Program-made: the position numbers and the translations under genes
In this document: piece by piece, positions 51,664 to 60,765 of the stretch
Layout: each line of letters opens with the position of its first letter
Numbering within the stretch: the stretch's first letter is position 1
The notes under the pieces: generated by a model
What the model was told of the DNA's origin: nothing
The model's input: the letters and a program-made list of their open reading frames with translations, nothing else
The model's database searches: none
Source: an uncultured Gammaproteobacteria bacterium
GTDB lineage: Bacteria; Pseudomonadota; Gammaproteobacteria; CAWCPV01
Direction of reading: 5' to 3'
Length of the DNA: 64,000 nt
Assembly: GCA_963797555.1 (NCBI GenBank)
Contig: CAWCPV010000020.1
Span: 1-64,000 of the forward strand

Positions 51664-53894
51664 GGCAGAACGCAGACCTGATGAAGAAGGGATTGAGACA
51701 AGCCTAAACTTCCGCTTTCACTCCCCACGTCGGCAGAACGCAGACCTGATGAAGAAGGGATTGAGACTTGACAAGAAGAGCTATTGCCGCATTATGCCAG
51801 AGGCAGAACGCAGACCTGATGAAGAAGGGATTGAGACATCGGCTGCCGCGCATATCCAACTTCCCGATCTCGGGCAGAACGCAGACCTGATGAAGAAGGG
51901 ATTGAGACATGGACGCCCTGAACGGCGCCGTCAACTCCACGGGCAGAACGCAGACCTGATGAAGAAGGGATTGAGACCGGAACAGCCCGGGGACGCCCAT
52001 CGGGATCAGGTGGCAGAACGCAGACCTGATGAAGAAGGGATTGAGACCGTAGCGTTGGGTGACATACTGCACGATGTCAGGGGCAGAACGCAGACCTGAT
52101 GAAGAAGGGATTGAGACCCGAGAGCCTGCTCTATCGGACTTACATCCCCCGGCAGAACGCAGACCTGATGAAGAAGGGATTGAGACACTGGGCGCGCATC
52201 CCGGCCTACACGCGGTAATAGGGCAGAACGCAGACCTGATGAAGAAGGGATTGAGACCTCACCTCTTTCGATACTGGTAAGGTCATCGAGGGCAGAACGC
52301 AGACCTGATGAAGAAGGGATTGAGACTTCCGTGATACCCGCAATAGAGCGTCATCGCCAGGCAGAACGCAGACCTGATGAAGAAGGGATTGAGACGCGTA
52401 TAGAACCTACCGAACGAGATGATCTTTCCGGCAGAACGCAGACCTGATGAAGAAGGGATTGAGACATGAGCCGGCGTAGTCAGCTATCTGTAGGGCAGAA
52501 CGCAGACTGATGAGGGATCAGAACGCAGCACCTGATGACGAAGGGAATGCAGACCTGATGAAGAAGGGATTGAGACTTGCCACTGACACTCGCAGGATCG
52601 ACGGGCAGAACGCAGACCTGATGAAGAAGGGATTGAGACGACTTGGAGCGCCGCATATTCCGCCAATGTGAGGGCAGAACGCAGACCTGATGAAGAAGGG
52701 ATTGAGACCGATGCGATCCATCTCCTCAAAGCGCGCCTCGAGGGCAGAACGCAGACCTGATGAAGAAGGGATTGAGACTTCCCGAAGGCGGACGGACCAT
52801 CCTGTGTACGCCGGCAGAACGCAGACCTGATGAAGAAGGGATTGAGACCTCCCGAAAGAGCTACCAGCGCTGTTCGCCTCCGGCAGAACGCAGACCTGAT
52901 GAAGAAGGGATTGAGACAGATACAACCTCGGCGGTGCGTCGATCAGGACTTGGCAGAACGCAGACCTGATGAAGAAGGGATTGAGACCCATACGTGATTG
53001 CCGCTAGTAATAGATCAATGAAGGCAGAACGCAGACCTGATGAAGAAGGGATTGAGACCGCCTAAGGTAGTCCTCTGTGCTCTCCTTTCCCTGGCAGAAC
53101 GCAGACCTGATGAAGAAGGGATTGAGACAACGTCGCGAAAATCGTGAACGCTCCGGTTGGGGGCAGAACGCAGACCTGATGAAGAAGGGATTGAGACTCC
53201 AGTCCTTTGATGTAATCGCATGGTGCTAACAGGCAGAACGCAGACCTGATGAAGAAGGGATTGAGACAATTTGAGCAAGGCAGGGTCAAACCATTATCTT
53301 GCGGCAGAACGCAGACCTGATGAAGAAGGGATTGAGACGCTATTCGAAGTCGCATTTGACCACCTCCTCGAGGGCAGAACGCAGACCTGATGAAGAAGGG
53401 ATTGAGACACGTGGACGCAGAGCGACACAGTCGAATTGCCAGGGCAGAACGCAGACCTGATGAAGAAGGGATTGAGACGCCGTGATTCCAGCTACCGCCG
53501 TCAATTTCTTGTGGCAGAACGCAGACCTGATGAAGAAGGGATTGAGACCACCTGTCCGGCAGGTAACTGCTAAGGCTTATGGGCAGAACGCAGACCTGAT
53601 GAAGAAGGGATTGATACTGGAGAAAGAGCGGCACACCTCACTTCACCAGCGGCAGAACGCAGACCTGATGAAGAAGGGATTGAGACATGTTCCTCCCGCG
53701 TTATCAGTGGATTGGCGTGGCAGAACGCAGACCTGATGAAGAAGGGATTGAGACCTGTAGGGATGTGGTCGTTTGGATAGAGAGCCGTAGGCCGAACGGA
53801 GACCTGATGAACAAGGGATTACGACGGCGACCGGAAGGTCACCGTGGCCATGTCCCTTGGCGGGACGGGGATCTGGTGAAGAAGGAGTTAGGAC
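51664..53894 (+). CRISPR. CRISPR array, 36-bp repeat GGCAGAACGCAGACCTGATGAAGAAGGGATTGAGAC, about 32 repeats and 31 spacers
   Basis: Repeats every ~69-71 bp; spacers mostly 32-35 bp; garbled unit at 52494-52576; variant at 53582; degenerate repeats at 53790 and 53859. Confidence 0.98.
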
Positions 53895-53995
53895 GACATT
53901 TTCGACAGCCGATGCGGTCAGCGCGGCGCTGATGTGCCATGGGGGCGGTGGGTGTTGCGAATATCAACGTCACAACGTGGAAAGGAGAAAGCGCC

Positions 53996-54871
53996 ATGGG
54001 TAAGAGCCGCAAGAAGGCGCGGTCTGGGCCGCCGGCCATCCAGGCCGAGCGTGCCTTCGCCGCTATCAAACAGACATTCGGCTCGAACAAACCGCTGGCC
54101 ATCGGTCTAGCGGCCTTGCTGCTACTGACCTTTGGCTGGTTCGTGAATGCGACTTACGACCTGCCCCTTTTGCTGGATGGAAACACTGCCTTGGGGTTTC
54201 GGCTGCGGGTGGTGGGGGGCCTTTTGGCCTTTCTCCTTGTGTCCGTCTGGCTGGTCTGGATGGCTAGCCGTGCGAACGTGACTGTCCCAGTGATCGTGGT
54301 GCAGACACCCGACCCGCCCAAGGTCGCAGGCCTTATCACGTTTCTGAGCCCGCCCGGCGCCGATAGGGCGCAGATCGAGACCTTTGCGGCCAGCACCGTT
54401 GGCGAAGCAGAGCCACCCGACCCCCGTGCGTCTCTGAAGGGCTCGTGGCGAATGCCCCTTGAGGCCCTGGCCTACCACGCAGAGCGGCTCAAGTACCTGG
54501 TGGTCATCCCCTCCGCCGATGACCCCAGAGACCCGCAGGGCAAACCTGGAACTTGGCGGGACATGGAACTGTTCAAGGCCGTGGTCGCGCGGTATAGCGG
54601 GGGTCGGGTTGCCGCGGAATGCCTACCCGACTGCCACCAGGGTGTGGATTACGAAGATGCCCGCGCCGCAAAGGATGGCGTGGATAGCGCCTATGCGTCG
54701 CTTCTGCAACGCGGACTTAAAACCTGCGATATCCTGGTGGACATCACCGCCGGACAGAAACCCACCACGATTGCCGGCGCCGCAGTGGCGCTCGTGGAAG
54801 ATCGTCAGTTCCAGTACGTCAGCACCCGCGACTACCGCGTAGTGACCTACAACATCACCTATCAGAGCTGA
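53996..54871 (+). CDS. Transmembrane CARF effector (Cam1/Cam2-like)
   Basis: Two N-terminal TM helices and a Rossmann-like domain with GLITFLS and LVDITAGQKPTT (CARF motif II); no nuclease domain. Confidence 0.75.
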   Translation: MGKSRKKARSGPPAIQAERAFAAIKQTFGSNKPLAIGLAALLLLTFGWFVNATYDLPLLLDGNTALGFRLRVVGGLLAFLLVSVWLVWMASRANVTVPVIVVQTPDPPKVAGLITFLSPPGADRAQIETFAASTVGEAEPPDPRASLKGSWRMPLEALAYHAERLKYLVVIPSADDPRDPQGKPGTWRDMELFKAVVARYSGGRVAAECLPDCHQGVDYEDARAAKDGVDSAYASLLQRGLKTCDILVDITAGQKPTTIAGAAVALVEDRQFQYVSTRDYRVVTYNITYQS

Positions 54872-54873
54872 CC

Positions 54874-55197
54874 ATGGGCACCATTTATGTCATCAACTCC
54901 CCCGTCCTCACCGACTACGGGTTCTGGCGCTTCCGTGGCCCATTATCCGTGGACGAGGCCCGCGACATGCTTGCGGGCGGTTTCGTGTCCGCCATCGGCC
55001 ATGAATCGGCGGCCCAGTTCCTGTCCCGACGCCTCGGGGTGACCGTCCCGCACAACCGGGTGCGCGTGAGCATGGCGCCGGGTGACCGAGCGCTGGTGCT
55101 GCGGCTGGGCGCCCGTCTGCCCGAAGGGCGGCAACTGACCGATGAGGACATGGAGCAACTTCCGTTCGAGCTGGGGCTGATGGAGCGGGAGGGATAG
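54874..55197 (+). CDS. crn2: DUF1874 / AcrIII-1-like ring nuclease (Crn2)
   Basis: YVINS...FVSAIGHESAA...NR...GDRALVLRL..RLPEG, the STIV B116/YddF family signature. Confidence 0.85.
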   Translation: MGTIYVINSPVLTDYGFWRFRGPLSVDEARDMLAGGFVSAIGHESAAQFLSRRLGVTVPHNRVRVSMAPGDRALVLRLGARLPEGRQLTDEDMEQLPFELGLMEREG

Positions 55198-55529
55198 CCG
55201 GCCACCTGGCACGGACGGGAGTCCGGGACGTCCGAGTCGGCCCGAGAACGCGGACAGGTGTTACGGTGGTTCCTTGCTTGCTGGAACGTCATCAGAGCAA
55301 ACCGGCCTGGAACGTCTGGCGCCGGGCCCCGTTATCGGGTGACGCGATGAACCTCAGTCCTGCCGTCGGCGCCTACCCCGGGGGGCGAGCCACGCGAACA
55401 GCAGCCGATCCCGGCTCAAGTCGACGGACTCCACCAACTGCAGGAATAGCTCCTCCGCCTCGGGTTCGGTAGGCGGGTACTGCACACCCTGCGCGAGTGG
55501 CGGCTGGATCTGCAGGAATCGGTTCACGA

Positions 55530-55738
55530 GTCCAGATTCCGCGCGAGATATACTGTATGACGGAGCACGCCACCGAGAGCAGCAGCAACGCTACTCGGAA
55601 CGACAGCACCATGGAGGACGGAACCGAGGCAGTCGCCACCGCATGGGTCTTCATGAAGCGGTACACGACGATGGCGAACGCCTTACTCAGCTCCAAGCCG
55701 CCGGAGAGGGCAAGAGCGAGCACCGCGCTATCGAGGAA
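55530..55738 (-). pseudogene. Fragment paralogous to the 47029..48174 membrane protein
   Basis: FLDSAVLALALSGGLELSKAFAIVVYRF...SMVLSFRVALLLLSVACS...YLARNLD aligns with YLTNAVLAAPLALGLEVSKAVTIVLHRF...SIVLVFRAALLVLSALCS..YLAHKLD. Confidence 0.75.
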
Positions 55739-55799
55739 CGGTAATCCGGGGTTCTAGCCCGTGTTACACTGTCTTACGCTATACGGAGCGGAGGATTCC

Positions 55800-56015
55800 A
55801 TGAGCACTCTGACCATCCGCATCGACGACAAGCTCGATGCCGAGCTCGAGCAGCTCGCGAGGATCACACAGCGCACCAAGAGCGATCTCGCGCGCGAGAT
55901 GCTGCGCCGGCAGGTCGCCATCGCTCGATTCCGGGAGCTGCGCAGAAAGGCCATGCCGTTTGCGGAGGCAGCGGGCTACCTGACGGATGAGGACGTGTTC
56001 CGCGACATCTCGTGA
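55800..56015 (+). CDS. Ribbon-helix-helix antitoxin
   Basis: MSTLTIRIDDKLDAELEQLA...TKSDLAREML; GGAGG RBS. Confidence 0.82.
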   Translation: MSTLTIRIDDKLDAELEQLARITQRTKSDLAREMLRRQVAIARFRELRRKAMPFAEAAGYLTDEDVFRDIS

Positions 56016-56416
56016 GGGTATTTTTGGACACCAACGTGCTCGCAAGTGCATTGACCGCCCGCGGCCTGTGCGCCGATGTCCTGCAGACGGTCCTTGCTGA
56101 CCACCAGCTTCTGTTCTCCGCCCAGGTTCTCGCCGAGCTCGCCGATGTCTTGCCACGCAAGTTCGGCCTCCCGTCCGCCGTGGTAGATGAATTCCTCACT
56201 CTTCTTACGGACGAAGGAACGCTGTCCGCCGCACCCGGCCCATGTCCGATCCTGCCTGATAACCCAGCCGATGCCGTCATCGTCGCCAGCGCGCTGGCGG
56301 GCGGGGCGGAAGTCTTCGTCACCGGGGACAAGGAACTGTTGGATCTCGGGAAGGCCGAAGGCGTGCCCATGCTGTCGCCGCGGCAGTTCTGGGAGCGGTT
56401 GGCCGCGGGCACGTGA
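56012..56416 (+). CDS. PIN-domain toxin
   Basis: VFLDTNVLAS...D..IVASA...FVTGDKELL; GTGA overlap with the antitoxin. Confidence 0.85.
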   Translation: MRVFLDTNVLASALTARGLCADVLQTVLADHQLLFSAQVLAELADVLPRKFGLPSAVVDEFLTLLTDEGTLSAAPGPCPILPDNPADAVIVASALAGGAEVFVTGDKELLDLGKAEGVPMLSPRQFWERLAAGT

Positions 56417-56658
56417 GTGTCCCCAGTCCGCGCAACCGCGGCGGACTGCTTGGTCCAGCACGGCCGCGCCTGGGCCGCTGAAACGCGGATACGCAGGAGA
56501 GCCTAACCGAAAGAAGGAGGAATCACTGGGCTGGCAAATTTGCCGAGGGGTACGTTGAATAGCGACCGATGACGGCTCTCGTCAATGCCCGCCGTTCAGG
56601 GCAAAGAACACTTGGTGAGGCCAGGACGGCCCACGGAGGAGGCCGACGGGAGGACCCG

Positions 56659-57768
56659 TTACAGCTTTTTGTCGAGTCGGTCGAGAACAAATATCTCGCC
56701 CTCAAAGTGGCCGAACAGCCGCTTCGCGTCTTGGTCGGCCCAGGCATCGCATTCGTGGGTGCTGTCATCCACCGGATTCTTGAGGATCTTGAAATCGAGG
56801 CTGCTCAAAGCGATCTGCTGATTCGATTCCAGGTACCGAGCCAGTTGATCTACACGCTCATTCACCAAGCGCAGCCGCTCCCCCGCGAGGGTGCGGATGC
56901 TGCGTTCAAAGCCGGAGCCGAAGCGTAGCCGGCGCGAGGGTGAGTCCCAAAGGCGTTCCTCGTAGATCCGTGGGCAGGCTTCCCGCCAGACGATCTCACC
57001 CCAGGCTGAAAGAGTAGCCTGTCCCCCGTCGACGAACAGCAGGGTATCCGGGATTCCAGCCACTTCCGCCGCCGCCACCGCAAGCTGTGCCCCCATCCGG
57101 CGGAAGGCGGCAAGATGGGCCCGCACGGTCGCCTCTGCATCGAGCTTGAGCGGGAGACGCGGCAAGCGCAGCAGCTCGTGACCCGATTCGAAGACATATA
57201 CGCTCTCGTCCGCATAAAGCATCGCGAGGGCCTGCATGAACCCTTGTACGCTCTTGAACCCACCGGTGAGGTTGAAGACTACACGGTAGCCTTGCCGCGA
57301 ATACTTCCGAAGGGTTCCGGCACACCAGGTGGCAAGTTCGGTCATGGCAGCCTGGAAACCAGGCAGCTCCTCTGTCTGCAAGTCCTTGACCCGGTAAACT
57401 TCTGCTCCCAAGCCGGCCTGCTGCAGTATGTCTGCGATTATCCGTGCGCCATTCTCTCCTAACCAGGTATCTGTACAGAGCAGCACATGGTGATCGGGCG
57501 CACGGGCAGGGAACCTTCCGTGATACCAGCGCAGCAGGCCATTCAGCTCGGCGCTCAGGGCCATCAATATCGCGGGTTCCCTCCGATCGACAAGTTCCTC
57601 GCGCCGTTTCTGGATGTGCGGCTCGATTAACTCTCGTACCTCGGTTGGGATCTGTTCCGCGGAAACTGCATTTGCATACTTGGTAAGTAGCTTTCGCAAC
57701 TCATCCTGAACCTGATTGGTAAACAGGCTGGTCCCGCAGGTGGAAACGATGAGGTGTCGCTGCGCCAT
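56659..57768 (-). CDS. cami1: CARF(APE2256)-wHTH-RelE effector, Cami1-like mRNA interferase
   Basis: STCGTSL, SAELN, FNLTGGFKS, YVFE CARF motifs; RelE-like C-terminus (LDFKILK...THECDAWAD..AKRLFGHFE). Confidence 0.82.
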   Translation of the reverse strand: MAQRHLIVSTCGTSLFTNQVQDELRKLLTKYANAVSAEQIPTEVRELIEPHIQKRREELVDRREPAILMALSAELNGLLRWYHGRFPARAPDHHVLLCTDTWLGENGARIIADILQQAGLGAEVYRVKDLQTEELPGFQAAMTELATWCAGTLRKYSRQGYRVVFNLTGGFKSVQGFMQALAMLYADESVYVFESGHELLRLPRLPLKLDAEATVRAHLAAFRRMGAQLAVAAAEVAGIPDTLLFVDGGQATLSAWGEIVWREACPRIYEERLWDSPSRRLRFGSGFERSIRTLAGERLRLVNERVDQLARYLESNQQIALSSLDFKILKNPVDDSTHECDAWADQDAKRLFGHFEGEIFVLDRLDKKL

Positions 57769-57819
57769 ATTCCTCTCCGAACTGGTCAAAAGCATCGCGG
57801 ACCGGAGTGCGAGCTGATG

Positions 57820-58119
57820 TGTCCATCGCGCCCATCCGCAAGACCTTGTACTCCTCGACCCGCGCCCCGAGAGCGCGCATGTCCTCGGCCGTCAGCTCCT
57901 TGCCGCGCAAGTCCGGGGCAGCTCCAGGGCCAGGTGCAGGTAGCGCCCGCCCCGCTCGCCCACGTCGGCAGCGAGGTTGACCGGCAGCGAGCCGATCACT
58001 ACGTCGGCGGCCTCGATCCGCGCCACGTCCAGGTGATCCACGATCTGGTCTACTCGAATCCCCCCGTCCTGCGTCCAGTTGCGGGCACCGGGGTGGCGGG
58101 TAACGAAGTAGGTGGTCAT
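57820..58119 (-). CDS. csx16: Csx16 (VVA1548 family), frameshift ~57915; end approximate
   Basis: TYFVTRHPGA..W, DVVIGSLPVNLAADV; then LRGKELTAEDMRALGARVEEY in the other frame. Confidence 0.82.
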
Positions 58120-58153
58120 AGCTGTCGCTCGCTTTCTCGTAGTGCATAGTTAC

Positions 58154-60265
58154 CTAACCGCCTTTGGGATCGATCTTGATGATTTTCCAGTTGGGTCCGC
58201 CCCGGTGCTCCACGGTGATGTCCGCCCTGAGCCTGCCCTGCTGCAAACGCTTAAGTGCAGCGGGGTCCAGGGAAGCTAGGAGCGAATCAGCCTCAGCGCC
58301 CATCACAAAGGCACGTTCCTTTTCTTTAGAGGCGGAAATCTCCCTCTTTCCTTTGTTGAAGACCAGAGGCACGCCTAGCCAACGGTCAGTGCCCCCGGGT
58401 GATGAAGTTTTCAGACCTGAAGCACCACGCTGAGGATATGCTGCCAACACGAGTCGGTCCTTCTTCGCTTTCACGAAGTCGTTGCGACCATCCTCCTGAG
58501 CAAGAACCATGTGTCGCAGATCGCCCCGGAATGCCCGCGCACTCGCTGCATCAGCCATTCCTCGAAGGGCCCTCATTTGAGGGCTCTTTGCCCACCCCTG
58601 CACCTGTTTTTCCATAAAGCTCACGAATTTTTCCATACAGTTGCTGAGGCTGAGAGGCGTAGTAATTGGATCATTACTGACGACGTGGCTCGACTCGATC
58701 TGAACGCTCGCTTGCCCATATCCATATGGTTTGCCCATTCCGATTGAATGATGCATCGCTTCGTCACCACCCCAGGTAAGCGCCCAAATTAATGCTCCTA
58801 ATTCTTCGGGCTTAAGATTATGAAACACAACTCTGCCGGAGAATTGAGCACCCCCGTCGATCGGAAATAGGTTTACCGAAACTGCATCGGTTCCTTCTGA
58901 GGAGTGCGTCAATGCAGGTCGCACAGGATAGCGCTTCCAGCCCCGTATCTCGGAATCTTTGTCCATATAAGTCTTATAGGTGTCCCGAGCGAGCGTCGTA
59001 CCGTCCACGGTCGGTTGTGCGACATAATTCGGGTAATAGGTCGGCTTCGGCGAATTCAGCACTACCCTTCGTGCATCCAATTCCAGGACTCCCGCCCTCT
59101 CAGTGCAGGGTTCGAACCATACCCGTCCCTTTAGTGGCGTAAGGCCATCTACCACATCGGTCATACCGAACATTAGGCAAGCGAAATCATCGGGACGCTT
59201 CTCGGCGTGGGATGAAGATGTGTGTTTGATGGTCTCTACGATCGAGTGCGGATATGCAAGCTTGAACATAAGCGCCAAGCCTAGAGAAGCGATCGTCCCC
59301 CCGAGGTCGGTCAAGAAGAATATTGGTATGCGGGCACGGCTTTTCCAGTAGGCCCACTCGTCGGTTTCCGCGTGGATGTGCATAAAGTCCCGCATCACCG
59401 CCTCAGGCACTTCAACCTGTCGGGTCGTGGGCACATCGTAAAACACGAACTCCAGATGCTTCTTGCCCGCCGCAGGCGGGACGCGGGCCGCAGGTTGGCC
59501 GGTGAAAACGAGCATACCCTCGACTGCACCTCTCCCCACGTCGGCCGCCTTACTGTATACCAGCATCTTGCCGCCGCTGTGCGGGTGGGCTTCCTGTAGG
59601 CCAGGAGTGAACCGGATGTCGAGGGAACGGGGCCGCCATCGACTATATTTTTCACGGGCACAGACACGGGGCACTGCACGCCACCAGCGATCCCCGGAGA
59701 GTACAGCGAGTTCATCGTGATCGATACGGGAGTAAGCACAAGGTGTGACAAACCACCGATCACCTTGGAAGCTCAGCCAGCCTGCCTGCGAAAGAGGTCG
59801 GTACATGTTCTCGCCGACTTTCTCGGTCATGAATCTCCCATAGAAGCCACGCGCCGGATTGGTCAGGTCGCGCACCGAGTAGCGTGCATCATCCACCATC
59901 CCCATCCTTGAGAAAGTGATAATCTCCAGCACGTTCCGGACCATGCCCTTTAGGCTCGATCCGGGGATGGCGTAGCCGTCCGGCGTCTGGAAAAACCGCA
60001 CCTCGCCGGGTGCCTGTTGGCTCGCCTTGGTCTGCTGTCCACCGACCAGGATCGGGGTGTGCGCGGTAAGGGTGAAGGCGATCTCGCCGCTCAAGCCGTC
60101 CTTGAACGGGACGTCGTGAGAAACGAGGTGTGCCCAATCGGGGACTACAACCTGCTCCGAAAGAGGGACGAAGTTGTAAGGGGAGTTAATCGCCTGCATC
60201 GCTGGCTCTTGGGGCCGATTAGCGCCCGGTGGGCGAGGGTTGTTCCGGTGGTGCTGTCTGGGCAT
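58154..60265 (-). CDS. Type III-D Cas7 with large insertion (TIGR03986-like RAMP)
   Basis: SPYNFVPL, SHD...LSGEI, IPGSSLKGMVR, LNSPKPTY, RGWKRY, IGMGKPYGYG. Confidence 0.88.
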   Translation of the reverse strand: MPRQHHRNNPRPPGANRPQEPAMQAINSPYNFVPLSEQVVVPDWAHLVSHDVPFKDGLSGEIAFTLTAHTPILVGGQQTKASQQAPGEVRFFQTPDGYAIPGSSLKGMVRNVLEIITFSRMGMVDDARYSVRDLTNPARGFYGRFMTEKVGENMYRPLSQAGWLSFQGDRWFVTPCAYSRIDHDELAVLSGDRWWRAVPRVCAREKYSRWRPRSLDIRFTPGLQEAHPHSGGKMLVYSKAADVGRGAVEGMLVFTGQPAARVPPAAGKKHLEFVFYDVPTTRQVEVPEAVMRDFMHIHAETDEWAYWKSRARIPIFFLTDLGGTIASLGLALMFKLAYPHSIVETIKHTSSSHAEKRPDDFACLMFGMTDVVDGLTPLKGRVWFEPCTERAGVLELDARRVVLNSPKPTYYPNYVAQPTVDGTTLARDTYKTYMDKDSEIRGWKRYPVRPALTHSSEGTDAVSVNLFPIDGGAQFSGRVVFHNLKPEELGALIWALTWGGDEAMHHSIGMGKPYGYGQASVQIESSHVVSNDPITTPLSLSNCMEKFVSFMEKQVQGWAKSPQMRALRGMADAASARAFRGDLRHMVLAQEDGRNDFVKAKKDRLVLAAYPQRGASGLKTSSPGGTDRWLGVPLVFNKGKREISASKEKERAFVMGAEADSLLASLDPAALKRLQQGRLRADITVEHRGGPNWKIIKIDPKGG

Positions 60266-60276
60266 GACCGTTCTCC

Positions 60277-60765
60277 TCATTCTTCTCCGAAGCCTATGAA
60301 GCAAGCGGCAAAGGGCTCCGCGCCGCGCTCCCGGTCGATCCGCCAATAGCGGCGGTAGCGCAGGCGATTCAGTTCGTCATCAATGGCGATCAGGGCCACC
60401 GTGTCGCAGAGGTATTGATATTCACCCCCTGCCGCCGGGGTATATCGGGTGGCGATCCAATTGCCCGTGCCGCCGTAACGGATGTGCAGGGATTCGCCTG
60501 CCGCATTGACGGCCTCAGCGGCTAGCATCATGCCGGTCGTGTGGTCCATCGCAGGGGGAGTCTCGGTGAAGGTCCGGTTAGCCGACTGAAAGCCGGCCCA
60601 GCCCTCCTTCGGCCCGAAAGCCACAAGCCGCGCGAGCGCATCCTCAGCGGAAGCCAGGCGCTCGGGCTTGGCCTCAAGCGAGGTGGTGTTGGGATGGATG
60701 GACGGCAGGCGGCTCTTGCCTCTGCGCACCCGATTGTAAAGATCAAGTAGTGTGGTCGCATCCAT
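60277..60765 (-). CDS. csx19: Type III-D subunit Csx19
   Basis: Lies between RAMP genes; C-terminal LRYRRYW...FIGF. Confidence 0.75.
   Translation of the reverse strand: MDATTLLDLYNRVRRGKSRLPSIHPNTTSLEAKPERLASAEDALARLVAFGPKEGWAGFQSANRTFTETPPAMDHTTGMMLAAEAVNAAGESLHIRYGGTGNWIATRYTPAAGGEYQYLCDTVALIAIDDELNRLRYRRYWRIDRERGAEPFAACFIGFGEE

Noticed and set aside
51641-53932. ORFs across the CRISPR array
   Set aside because: Translations of repeats (AERRPDEEGIET, QNADLMKKGLR).
54874-55197. Prophage-borne anti-CRISPR AcrIII-1
   Set aside because: No phage genes nearby and it is coupled to a CARF effector, which fits host Crn2.
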